Source: Escherichia phage phiWec188
DNA length: 64,000 nucleotides
Sequence record: LC739537.1
Reading direction: 5' to 3' (one strand)
A program made the position numbers and the translations under genes. Positions 47,602 to 56,894 of this stretch are shown here, in pieces. The stretch's first letter is position 1. The number at the start of each line of letters is the position of its first letter. Under the pieces are notes generated by a model. It had not been told where the DNA came from. It worked only from the letters and a program-made list of their open reading frames with translations, and searched no databases.

Positions 47602-48081
47602 TTATTGAATGGTCAGTGCGGAGATAGAGTTAAGAACACTCATACCTACACCAACTTCATTACGTAACAGGCTTGCATCTTTCAGACCGATAACCCACTG
47701 GTTCTCTGTAATCATTTCGCCCATAGTGTCTTCAGGTTGAGATTGAATCCAACCAATGGTGCTAATGTAGTAACCACGAGGATCTTCCAGATAAACGCTG
47801 AATGCTACTTGACGAGTAGAATACATTGTTTGAGCATAAGTTGCCAAAACTTCGTTTGCCGGAGATGTACGTTGCAGAGAAATAGTCATGGTGCCGAGAC
47901 GGTTACGGCTAAGAGCCAGAGAAACATCGCCATCAGTACCAGCATATGGGTTAATAATATCGTTGGCTTTTGCGATTACAATTTTAGTGTCGGTTGCAAA
48001 ACCCCACGGCTCCCATCCACCCAGGGACAGAACGATTTGGGAAGGATCATAGGCCATTACGCCAGTAAGCATTTTATCCAA
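47602..48081 (-). CDS. tail tube protein
   Basis: 159 aa immediately downstream of sheath gene. Confidence 0.55.
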   Translation of the reverse strand: MDKMLTGVMAYDPSQIVLSLGGWEPWGFATDTKIVIAKANDIINPYAGTDGDVSLALSRNRLGTMTISLQRTSPANEVLATYAQTMYSTRQVAFSVYLEDPRGYYISTIGWIQSQPEDTMGEMITENQWVIGLKDASLLRNEVGVGMSVLNSISALTIQ

Positions 48082-48127
48082 TTTGGATCTCCTTTAGGGA
48101 TAAGGCGAGGTTGCCCCCGCCAAATTA

Positions 48128-49501
48128 TTAGTTTGCAGTACGGTTGGTCAGGACGTGAACCTGAACCTTAACGTAATGGAAGAATCCTGCGTAAACGTAT
48201 TCAATCTTCATGCCGTCAACCAGACGCTGATTAATCTGCGAATCAGTCATGTCAGCACGAGAAGGAAGGTAAACGATAGGCTTCAGGTCAACACGCAGTC
48301 CAGTTTCTTCTGAAACAACCACTTCGTTAGAAATAGAGCCATTCAGAATACCAACTTGGATCGGGTTAGCCAGAACCGCTTGTTTAATCAGAGCCAGACC
48401 ATTGGAAGTAGCACGAACACCACCACCCAACATTGACTGCTGTTTGAACAGAGTGAACAGAGATTCTTCGGTACGAGCTTTGAACCACAGAGCGTGAACT
48501 ACGTAGTCAGCAAAGAAACCGTTAACCATCAGACCATCGCGGTAGAACAGAGTTGCGTGTTCTTTACGGTAGATGTTACCATTCTGTTGAACAATGTTAT
48601 TTTCCGCAGTCTGACCGAGTTTCTCGATTTCAACTCCAACCAGAGTTTTACCATGCAGAGTCGTAGTACCAGGCTGTGCAGAGCAGATAGAACCAACAAC
48701 AGCAGCTTCTGGGAATACAGAGTCTGCGTCGCTCATCCACAGAGCAAAACAGGTGTTGACATAGCCAAGGTCATTTAAACGCTCAAGAACGTTGTCTTCG
48801 GCTTTAGTAGTGATACCAACGTCTGAACTGGAGAAGAAGTATACTTTATCATTCTCTTCTACCCAAGCAGCTACATCGAGAATATCTTCAACAGCGTGGG
48901 AGTCAGACAGAACCCAGAACCAGCTACTATCGATATCATGCAGTGCAGCGATATCTTCAGTAATGTCGTTAGCGTATACGGTTTCTTTAGCGAAGCCGCT
49001 TGCATCCAGAGAAGCGTATTTGCCTACAACTGGAGAAACAGTGATCACAGCGCCATCGTTAGCAACGGTGAACAGACCACCATAAACTACGTCTGCATTG
49101 ATCATTTCTGTCAGACCAACAACGATTTCTTGTGCTGTTGCAGTGTCGTCAGCAATGAATTTGAAATCTTTCTTGTTCTTGCCTTCTTTGATAGTGATAA
49201 CATATGTTGCACTATCTTCAACTGCTGGGGTCAGGGTAAAGTTTGTTACTTCACGCTTACCAACAATCACTTGACTTGGTGCAAATAATCCGTTAAACAG
49301 TTTAACTGCCATGATATAGGCTGGATCATTAACACCGTAACCCGCTTCCAGAAGTGCGTCAGAAGAGGTGTAATATTCAATCGCGTTACCAGTGACAGTC
49401 TGACCAGTAAGGATCAGGGGAATGTCAAACTGGGTTTCACGGATTGATGTAGCTCCGTACAGTAAAGTTACGGTTGCTACCTTTTCACGAAAAGTTGCCA
49501 T
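48128..49501 (-). CDS. contractile tail sheath protein
   Basis: 457 aa, position upstream of tube/chaperones/tape measure. Confidence 0.65.
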   Translation of the reverse strand: MATFREKVATVTLLYGATSIRETQFDIPLILTGQTVTGNAIEYYTSSDALLEAGYGVNDPAYIMAVKLFNGLFAPSQVIVGKREVTNFTLTPAVEDSATYVITIKEGKNKKDFKFIADDTATAQEIVVGLTEMINADVVYGGLFTVANDGAVITVSPVVGKYASLDASGFAKETVYANDITEDIAALHDIDSSWFWVLSDSHAVEDILDVAAWVEENDKVYFFSSSDVGITTKAEDNVLERLNDLGYVNTCFALWMSDADSVFPEAAVVGSICSAQPGTTTLHGKTLVGVEIEKLGQTAENNIVQQNGNIYRKEHATLFYRDGLMVNGFFADYVVHALWFKARTEESLFTLFKQQSMLGGGVRATSNGLALIKQAVLANPIQVGILNGSISNEVVVSEETGLRVDLKPIVYLPSRADMTDSQINQRLVDGMKIEYVYAGFFHYVKVQVHVLTNRTAN

Positions 49502-49534
49502 TTATGCTCCTGTTAGAAACTTATTCCAATGAAT

Positions 49535-50173
49535 TTATTCGTTGGGGTTGTTAAATAATGATCCATCATCAGTTACTGGTGAGTATTCGCCATTAACCTC
49601 ATGAACTACGTAAATTCTATCCAGAGTTAAATCCAGAGGTGTGGGATCATTGTAGCTATCTCTGAATGATCGAATATGCATGTTGACAGCCTCTATAGGG
49701 GTTGTCATAATGTCCTCAATACTCATACGAGTGTTGAAGGTCATAATCATACGCGCTCTAACTTCAGTCTTATCTCCATCCAGAACTGTGTTTGCCTGTG
49801 TGATATTTGTTGCTGACAGGAAACCCATCCCTTTGGAATAGAGATGCTTGTATTTTAATTCCTCTGCACCACGTAGAGCAGCCAGAACATAGCTCAACAG
49901 AGTAGTAGGTCTTCCACGGAAAGCCATGAGTTCAATCTCATAGGTATTATCCATCTCATAGGAAAACATATCCTGATCTATTTTGCCTCGGTAAGACCAC
50001 CCGCCAGAATCACTGGAGGTGATAATACGTAGTGCCAGGTATGGATTGGTCGGTTGGACGAACGGTTTGTCCATCACGTAAATTGGCAATCCAGTTAATT
50101 CTTGAAGGAAACTACCTATGTTAAGATAGATAGCATTCTCATACGCTTCGATTTGTTCGTAGATATTAGCCAA
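49535..50173 (-). CDS. neck/tail completion protein (putative)
   Basis: position between capsid and tail genes. Confidence 0.35.
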   Translation of the reverse strand: MANIYEQIEAYENAIYLNIGSFLQELTGLPIYVMDKPFVQPTNPYLALRIITSSDSGGWSYRGKIDQDMFSYEMDNTYEIELMAFRGRPTTLLSYVLAALRGAEELKYKHLYSKGMGFLSATNITQANTVLDGDKTEVRARMIMTFNTRMSIEDIMTTPIEAVNMHIRSFRDSYNDPTPLDLTLDRIYVVHEVNGEYSPVTDDGSLFNNPNE

Positions 50174-50615
50174 AGTTTCCTCCCTCTTGATCGTAATCCC
50201 ACGTATTGTTTTGATCGTCTAATATGGCGACACAATGATGATGGGTTAGGAAAGTAGTTCGAGTCCAATCTTTAAGGGAGTACACAGAATACCACTGACC
50301 ATCAATCAAGATTTGGTCGGATAGTTGAGAGGTTCCTTGTTGGATGCCTCGCATTTCTGTTTTAGTCCAGAAACTATATTGCGCCTTTGATCTGTACCCT
50401 TCGGGCAGTGCTTTTAGAGTTTTTCCAGAGATTGGTTGCAGACTTGCAGCCGCTATCTCAAACTCTTCATATTCTACGGTACTACCCATATTGGCAATAA
50501 CAGAACCTACAGCTTCTTTGTAGACACGTCTACGCCCTTGATATGAGGTAAGATCAAGGAGAGTGAATTGATCAAGTAACACCTGTATCTCCTTTTTAGT
50601 ATACATCAAAAACAA
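50166..50615 (-). CDS. head-tail joining protein (putative)
   Basis: position. Confidence 0.35.
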   Translation of the reverse strand: MFLMYTKKEIQVLLDQFTLLDLTSYQGRRRVYKEAVGSVIANMGSTVEYEEFEIAAASLQPISGKTLKALPEGYRSKAQYSFWTKTEMRGIQQGTSQLSDQILIDGQWYSVYSLKDWTRTTFLTHHHCVAILDDQNNTWDYDQEGGNFG

Positions 50616-50627
50616 AATTTATGCAAG

Positions 50628-51116
50628 TTATTTTTTAGACTTGCCTTTTGTGATCTTCGAGTCTATATCGTTAATCATGTGCCCTGTGTCAATCAAAGTA
50701 TGCGTAGAGTAATTCCCTCTATCACGACGAATCTTAATTGTCACCGGAGAAAGTGCTCTATATCGTTGGGAAGCTATTGCTCTTGCTATTCCTTCACGAG
50801 AAGCTTTCGCTATCGGCTCAAAAACTCCGAGTCCTTTATTTCGCATCAGGTATTGAACAAAAACATTCGGTAATAGCTTGGCTATCTCTTTACTGGAAAT
50901 CACAGCACCGTCAGTCATAAACGGACGGGCTGGAATATTATTTGTTTCGTTACCGTATTGCTGGATAGCAGCTATCGCTGGAATAGTGAGATCTGATTCA
51001 GGGTGTCTCTTGTTTTCAAGGAAACCAGCTTCAATTTCCACATTCTCTAATACCATCATCTTTTTAATGATTGTATCCCAGTCTGTGTCTGTACCTGGTA
51101 AGATCTCACTTTTCAT
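50628..51116 (-). CDS. head-tail joining protein (putative)
   Basis: position. Confidence 0.35.
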   Translation of the reverse strand: MKSEILPGTDTDWDTIIKKMMVLENVEIEAGFLENKRHPESDLTIPAIAAIQQYGNETNNIPARPFMTDGAVISSKEIAKLLPNVFVQYLMRNKGLGVFEPIAKASREGIARAIASQRYRALSPVTIKIRRDRGNYSTHTLIDTGHMINDIDSKITKGKSKK

Positions 51117-51664
51117 TATTTGTCCCTACGATAATATGATACAGGCCCGTAGTTTCGCAGATAGTTTACGTTACGTGTTTTACGATCTACACTGGCAACA
51201 TTACCTAAACCATTCACGGAATTAGGATCGCTGTTGACACGATCGATTTCACGAGCATCTACACCACCAATCAGAACACGACTTGTTGCACCACGTCCAG
51301 CGGTACATCCTGGAATAACCATTAAGCCGTTCAGGTAGTTGTTGTAGATATCTTCCCAAGGAGATTTGTATTCTACTTGACCGTTACTAAATTTAACTTC
51401 TACTTCCACTTCGCCCATCTTTTCACGGCGGGACATTGCACCGCCACTTTGACTGTTGTTATTTAAAACATCAGTATTCCACAGGTATTCCAGAACAGAA
51501 ATTAAACTGTTCCACAGAACAGCACACTTATTAGAGTCGGCGTTACCAATAATATCGATCCACGTCTGGATAATCTGAATCAACACTGCGTCTGGCAAAG
51601 TTTCTTGAGACGGATTATAAACAAGGATTCGAACCATTGGTGCCAATTCAGTAGCAATCAGCAT
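51116..51664 (-). CDS. head-tail adaptor (putative)
   Basis: position. Confidence 0.35.
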   Translation of the reverse strand: MLIATELAPMVRILVYNPSQETLPDAVLIQIIQTWIDIIGNADSNKCAVLWNSLISVLEYLWNTDVLNNNSQSGGAMSRREKMGEVEVEVKFSNGQVEYKSPWEDIYNNYLNGLMVIPGCTAGRGATSRVLIGGVDAREIDRVNSDPNSVNGLGNVASVDRKTRNVNYLRNYGPVSYYRRDK

Positions 51665-51673
51665 AACTTCTCC

Positions 51674-52048
51674 TTACTTTTTACGGAGTGATCGTTTCTT
51701 GGCTGGTGAATCTACTGCTTCAACTTTCAGAACTTCCTGTTCGACTTCGATCTCTTTGTAATCTTCGAAGCTGACAAGGAAATAGCCCATGTGCTCTTCG
51801 CTACTAAACGGATGAACCAACAGACCAGTTTCTTCACGCAGACGTTGTAAGAAATGAATAAAATTACCACCTAAAGCAACACGACCATCTTTCAGATAGA
51901 AAGACATTGGAGGCGCTTGAGTGAGAGTCTTCTCTGCATCCAGATTGCTCACGAGCTTAGAGAAATCCTGAATCATTTCGTGGTAGCTGAAGTAACGTTT
52001 TAATTGTGGGTTTGACATTATAATCTCCTCGGTGTATATTGTTCTCAT
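51674..52048 (-). CDS. head completion protein (putative)
   Basis: position. Confidence 0.35.
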   Translation of the reverse strand: MRTIYTEEIIMSNPQLKRYFSYHEMIQDFSKLVSNLDAEKTLTQAPPMSFYLKDGRVALGGNFIHFLQRLREETGLLVHPFSSEEHMGYFLVSFEDYKEIEVEQEVLKVEAVDSPAKKRSLRKK

Positions 52049-52049
52049 A

Positions 52050-52082
52050 ACAAAAAAGGCTCGCCCATCACGGACGAGCCTC
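52050..52082 (-). terminator. intrinsic terminator after major capsid gene
   Basis: AGGCTCG...CGAGCCT stem followed by U-run in transcript orientation. Confidence 0.5.
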
Positions 52083-52100
52083 TTTTAGAACAGAGTTCTA

Positions 52101-53099
52101 TTAAGCAGTGGTCAGACGAACGATCAGTTCTGGGCGAACGTTAACTGCCAGAAGAGAGAATTCAGACTGAAGACTTACAGTACGGTGCTCACTGATCATG
52201 AACGTGTACAGTTCACGAGCAACAGTGTTAGCCAGTTCTGGAGTATCAGCAGGAGCGTAGTGCGCCTGGAACATATCCGCGATACCCATAGGCAGAACAT
52301 ATGCTTCACCAGCAGGGATGTTACCGTGAATATCTTCGATGTAGGTTACGCCGTTCCATTCGAACACCTGAACGTCCATGTTACCGTTCAGACGGTCACG
52401 CAGGAGGTTAGGAGTACCCTGGAAGTACTGGTAAGCCTGGCGAACGAACGGAGAGTTAACCAGAGAAGCGAAGAACTCACGAGAACACAGAGCAACGATA
52501 CGAGTAGCGGTAGAACCGTCTTGTTTCTCGTCGATGATGTATGCACGAGCTTCTTGTTCAACGGTAGCCGCTGGAGAAACAGTGGTAGAAGAGAAATCTA
52601 CAGCAACTGATTTCTGGGTAGCGTTCCACTCGGTGTACCAGTTGTACGCAGAGTTAGCAGCGCCGCCGCCAGTGTATGCACGACCCATTACTGCTTCAGC
52701 AAAGATCTTCTCTTTGGTTTTTGCAGCATCACGCAGAATCTGCGTCATATAACGGTTAACTACTTCTGCTTCAGTACGCAGAGAGTCGTTGATACCAGCC
52801 ATAGCGAAGCTACGGAAAGACTGGATATCTTGAGCTTTGATGTTCTTATCAAGTGGGAAGAATGGGATACGGAACACTTTGACTTCTGGAGTATCCATAG
52901 TCAGGAAGTTACGCTCACCACCACGTTCACGGGCAGGGATCAGACCATCTTGAGTTTTTTGTTTGCCGATTTCAACAACGGTAGTTGCATGGTACTGTAC
53001 ATCAAACAGACCCAGGCTGGCAATCAGTGTATCAGGAGTATCCTGAAGTTCGATCATTGGGCTGAAATCAACAACCTGATCTAAAATTACTGCTGGCAT
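52101..53099 (-). CDS. major capsid protein (lambda gpE-like position)
   Basis: 332 aa following decoration-like and scaffold-like genes; strong terminator downstream. Confidence 0.65.
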   Translation of the reverse strand: MPAVILDQVVDFSPMIELQDTPDTLIASLGLFDVQYHATTVVEIGKQKTQDGLIPARERGGERNFLTMDTPEVKVFRIPFFPLDKNIKAQDIQSFRSFAMAGINDSLRTEAEVVNRYMTQILRDAAKTKEKIFAEAVMGRAYTGGGAANSAYNWYTEWNATQKSVAVDFSSTTVSPAATVEQEARAYIIDEKQDGSTATRIVALCSREFFASLVNSPFVRQAYQYFQGTPNLLRDRLNGNMDVQVFEWNGVTYIEDIHGNIPAGEAYVLPMGIADMFQAHYAPADTPELANTVARELYTFMISEHRTVSLQSEFSLLAVNVRPELIVRLTTA

Positions 53100-53121
53100 T
53101 ATATTAATCTCCTATCAAAAA

Positions 53122-53514
53122 TTAAGAAGTGAAAACGACTTTTTCAGTCAGTTTCAGATCACGAGTTTCCAGTGCTGCTACGCCAGCGTCGTCAATCAGA
53201 TTACCGTTGCTATAGAATACAGCAAAACGGTTCAGAGTCAGGTCGCGTACACCAACAACGGCGGTGAAAGTGTCACCAACTGCAACATCATCGATACCGA
53301 ACAGAGCGTCAGTCCACAGCAGAACTTTAGCAGCGTCAGCAGCGGCAGCAGCTTCAGTGTTGTCAGCTTTCAGTACGGAACCAATTTTCATGGTTGCGGT
53401 TTTAACCAGGTTTACTTCGCGTACACAGTGTCCGAGGTCAGAGCTAAAAACTCCACCCAGAACCAGGTGTCCGAATTCCTGGCGAGAGTTAGATAAAGTA
53501 ATTCCTTTAGCCAT
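53122..53514 (-). CDS. head decoration protein (gpD-like, putative)
   Basis: 130 aa, Ala/Gly-rich, directly upstream of capsid gene. Confidence 0.45.
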   Translation of the reverse strand: MAKGITLSNSRQEFGHLVLGGVFSSDLGHCVREVNLVKTATMKIGSVLKADNTEAAAAADAAKVLLWTDALFGIDDVAVGDTFTAVVGVRDLTLNRFAVFYSNGNLIDDAGVAALETRDLKLTEKVVFTS

Positions 53515-53533
53515 TTAATTTAATCTCCTAAGA

Positions 53534-54652
53534 TTATTGTTTCTGGGCTTTTTTGAGTTCGGCAGCTTTCTGACGAATCAGTTCAGATGCAGACTTGGCA
53601 ACAACTTCAACATTGGCAACATCAGCGCCTTGTTCTTTACCAAACTCTTTCTTAACTGCTTCAACTTCTGCACGGGCTTTTTCGAATGCGTTAACAACAG
53701 TTTCAGCGATCTCTTTATTATCGATCAGGTATTTAACCAGAGCTTCAACTTTTTCTTCTTCTACGAAAGCGTAGGACTTAACAACAGTGGTGTACTCTTC
53801 TTCGATACGAGCCAGTTCAGCTTTACGAAGTTCTTCTGCTGCGAGTTCTGCTTTAGCGATCTTTTCCTGTGCTGCCAGTTCTGCTTGTTCACGGGCTTCT
53901 GTCGCTGCTTTTTCTACAGCTTCAGCAATCTGTGCTTTCATCAGGTCTTGGAATTCGGCAGATTTCAGGAATTCTTCTTTGTTAATATTTTCCAAAGGTA
54001 ATTCTCCTTTATTGATTCCAGTTGTGTTTGCAGATTTGTCACCTGCGGGGTTAGCCTCTGCATCCACAGAGTTCTTATTGGTTTGAGCATTCTGTGCTTT
54101 CACCAGATAATCTTTAACTTGATCGTGTTTCAGAGCACCTTTAATAAGATCGCCAAGAGCATCTTCGATCAGGTCTTCAAAGAAATCGACGGAAACCATA
54201 ACGTCACCATCAACAACTTGATAATCGGTAGTACGTACAACAGGTTTAGCAACTTCTTCGAGTTCAACAACTAAACCGTTCAAAGTAAAGTTTACGGCAA
54301 ACATACCGTGATCAGAACAGAAGATTGCAACGTTAGCATCAAAGTCTACATCTGCCAGCCAAACCCAGTCCCAACATGTAGAGAACTTTTCGTTTACAGC
54401 GTTGGCGATGCGGTCCATTACTTGCTGAATATAACCTTTACGTAATTCAGTAACGTCTTCACCCATTTTAGCCAGAGCTTCGATTTTCTCGAAGGTCACT
54501 TCAGGAGAGCCGTCAGATTTAAAAAGCAGTGGGGTATTGTAACCAGACGCTGCACCACCTTGAAAATCGAAAGTGTATGCGATGTGTGCGCCCAGAGTTT
54601 CTTCCGTAGCTTTACCCGAAAAGTCTACGTTAGTAAGATATGTATTTGCCAC
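53534..54652 (-). CDS. head scaffolding protein (putative)
   Basis: C-terminal half is Ala/Glu/Lys-rich coiled coil. Confidence 0.45.
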   Translation of the reverse strand: MANTYLTNVDFSGKATEETLGAHIAYTFDFQGGAASGYNTPLLFKSDGSPEVTFEKIEALAKMGEDVTELRKGYIQQVMDRIANAVNEKFSTCWDWVWLADVDFDANVAIFCSDHGMFAVNFTLNGLVVELEEVAKPVVRTTDYQVVDGDVMVSVDFFEDLIEDALGDLIKGALKHDQVKDYLVKAQNAQTNKNSVDAEANPAGDKSANTTGINKGELPLENINKEEFLKSAEFQDLMKAQIAEAVEKAATEAREQAELAAQEKIAKAELAAEELRKAELARIEEEYTTVVKSYAFVEEEKVEALVKYLIDNKEIAETVVNAFEKARAEVEAVKKEFGKEQGADVANVEVVAKSASELIRQKAAELKKAQKQ

Positions 54653-54654
54653 AA

Positions 54655-55134
54655 TTAGTCCTTCTTGACTTTCACGCCCATCGCACCTATACTCAAACCT
54701 TTAAGAACACCGTCCTTACGAGCTTGATACAGTTCAGGGTCGTTGAATTGGATTTTAACGAGGGGAGTTCCTTCCACAACGAGTTCGTCACCAATGTAAC
54801 AATCAACTTCGTTCACCCAAGCTTTAACTGGAGCAAATTTGTCTGTGTTCTTCATGTGACCAAGATTACCACTTACGTTAGTAATATTCTCATTGAAGTT
54901 GTCTACCATCTTCCTGATTTCCATATCAGACATACGCTCACCGTGGAGGTCGTCTTTTTCAGGTGGACAATACAATACCTCAATAACCTGCATTTGCTCT
55001 TCGTCAAACTTATTATGTTTGATTACTGTTTGAGGTTGTTGAGGAGGTGTAGAATCTTGTTGGGATGGGGTTGATTCTTTCATACCGCTGAACGATTTGA
55101 AGAGTTCCCAGAGTGTATCTTTATTAAGTTCCAT
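54655..55134 (-). CDS. head morphogenesis protein (putative)
   Basis: position between portal and scaffold. Confidence 0.35.
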   Translation of the reverse strand: MELNKDTLWELFKSFSGMKESTPSQQDSTPPQQPQTVIKHNKFDEEQMQVIEVLYCPPEKDDLHGERMSDMEIRKMVDNFNENITNVSGNLGHMKNTDKFAPVKAWVNEVDCYIGDELVVEGTPLVKIQFNDPELYQARKDGVLKGLSIGAMGVKVKKD

Positions 55135-55225
55135 ATGAACCTCTTAAAAACAAATATCCCATAAATCTTAGTCTACAGGATATTCGTCATTTTGTCAATA
55201 CCTAAAATCAAAAAAGTTTAATTTT

Positions 55226-56791
55226 TTAATTCGATAAGTTTGCTGCTGATGGATCAAGAGCCGAAACGCTGGTGGATGTACCTGTACCTGCGGTCGCCAT
55301 ACCGTCTCCAGAACGTGAAGTTTTATCTGGCATGAATGTCTCCATATATTCTACGAATTTATCCTTGTCAGAAACAATCTCGTCTGGTATACGATAATCA
55401 AAGCCTAACTTCTCTAAGAACTCGTTGATAATTTCCGCTGTAAGTGGAATAGCTCCTGCTGCAACAATCTGTTGGATCGCTTTAGCGTTTACTTCAATAT
55501 CAGGATCACCCATTTCACCACTAACAAACTTCGGCATATCTTCATCGGAAAGGAAGATATTGTTTAAGCGAAGTGCTTGTGGAATGAGTTGAGAGTTAAT
55601 AGCTTCAACAACAATATCTACATCGCGTTCAATGAAGTGTGAGAGCAGGGTCTGTTTATTATCGGACAATGCAAAGCTGCCAGCGTCCCCGTCACCCATT
55701 ATCAATACACCCGCACCAAAACGGTTGTAAATATCCAGTTTACGTTGTTTGATCAGTTCTTGTGTATCAAACTGTTTACCAGCCCCTTCTACGCCCTGGA
55801 ACACCAGATCGTACTGACGCATAACAGTTCCTTCATAAACGTCTGAAGGTAATACCATGTATGCTTGCTCACCAGAGTGCAGGTTGGCAATGTTTGCCTG
55901 TAGAACTCGTAAGGACTGTGCTTCATCTCCGGCAGGATCAAGAGATGCGCGGTTAAGAATATCGCTCGGTACTTTCAGAACAGGCATACCGCCCAAATCT
56001 TTAGAAACCCCGATAACTTCGAATTCTTGAATTAAAGATTTTTCACGCCAACTACGATAAACAGCCAACAGAGGTGACACACCCAAAGGATTGTTTTCTG
56101 TGATATTGCTACCCACAAAAATAACCTTGTTCATAGGGATTTGACGTACACCCAGTTGCAACTTACTGTTACCTGGAGCCAACATGGTATTAGTGATGTT
56201 CTGGTTTACCGAAATAACGGTGCGACCATCATCAGAATAGGTGAAAGGGTTTGCCATATCCAAAGTATCTTGCGGTCGGAAAGCAAGTTTAGTGAGGCGG
56301 TAATAGCCATAGTATGGACTCTTCGGATCTTCGTCAAGTTCAAACACCTTTTCAGCAAATGCAAAACCGAACTGTTTGTAAGTAAGAAGAGATCTCACAT
56401 ACTGACGTAATGGTGCTTGCATGTTGCGTAACATATATTCAATAAACTTTGCAGCTTTTCTTGACTTGGCAGAGTTTACGTTGTATTTTATTTTAAAGTC
56501 GAAAAATGCTCTGTCTACGAAAATGTATGTTGCGTCAAGAGCGGTAGCAACATCTGGGTCTTCACCCATTTCCTTATAAGTACGGATGTTTTCAGGAAAG
56601 CGTGTTTCATACGGTTGCATGAAGTTAGTGAATGCTTTGATTGAGTTCAACCCAATCGTCCCGATTTCAGGAGAGAGAAGTAAACTCTTTTCTTTCTCTG
56701 CCTGTTTTGACGGAGAGAGAGCAGCTTTGTTCACTGCACTTTGTTTCCAGTAATCCGACTTCTTAGTGTACTGTCTTTTTTCTGTTGACAC
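55226..56791 (-). CDS. portal protein
   Basis: 521 aa immediately downstream of terminase large subunit. Confidence 0.6.
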   Translation of the reverse strand: MSTEKRQYTKKSDYWKQSAVNKAALSPSKQAEKEKSLLLSPEIGTIGLNSIKAFTNFMQPYETRFPENIRTYKEMGEDPDVATALDATYIFVDRAFFDFKIKYNVNSAKSRKAAKFIEYMLRNMQAPLRQYVRSLLTYKQFGFAFAEKVFELDEDPKSPYYGYYRLTKLAFRPQDTLDMANPFTYSDDGRTVISVNQNITNTMLAPGNSKLQLGVRQIPMNKVIFVGSNITENNPLGVSPLLAVYRSWREKSLIQEFEVIGVSKDLGGMPVLKVPSDILNRASLDPAGDEAQSLRVLQANIANLHSGEQAYMVLPSDVYEGTVMRQYDLVFQGVEGAGKQFDTQELIKQRKLDIYNRFGAGVLIMGDGDAGSFALSDNKQTLLSHFIERDVDIVVEAINSQLIPQALRLNNIFLSDEDMPKFVSGEMGDPDIEVNAKAIQQIVAAGAIPLTAEIINEFLEKLGFDYRIPDEIVSDKDKFVEYMETFMPDKTSRSGDGMATAGTGTSTSVSALDPSAANLSN

Positions 56792-56862
56792 TTTCTTCCT
56801 CCGGCACTGTGCTTAAAGATCAATAGGGCAAGGGTTAAATAAATTAACCCGCCCATAAAGTC

Positions 56863-56891
56863 ATTGTACACTTTAAAGTAACTTTTGTCAA
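56863..56891 (-). promoter_or_regulatory. sigma70 promoter candidate on minus strand (TTGACA -35, 17-nt spacer, TACAAT -10)
   Basis: near-consensus hexamers with ideal spacing in terminase-portal intergenic region. Confidence 0.5.
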
Positions 56892-56894
56892 CAA

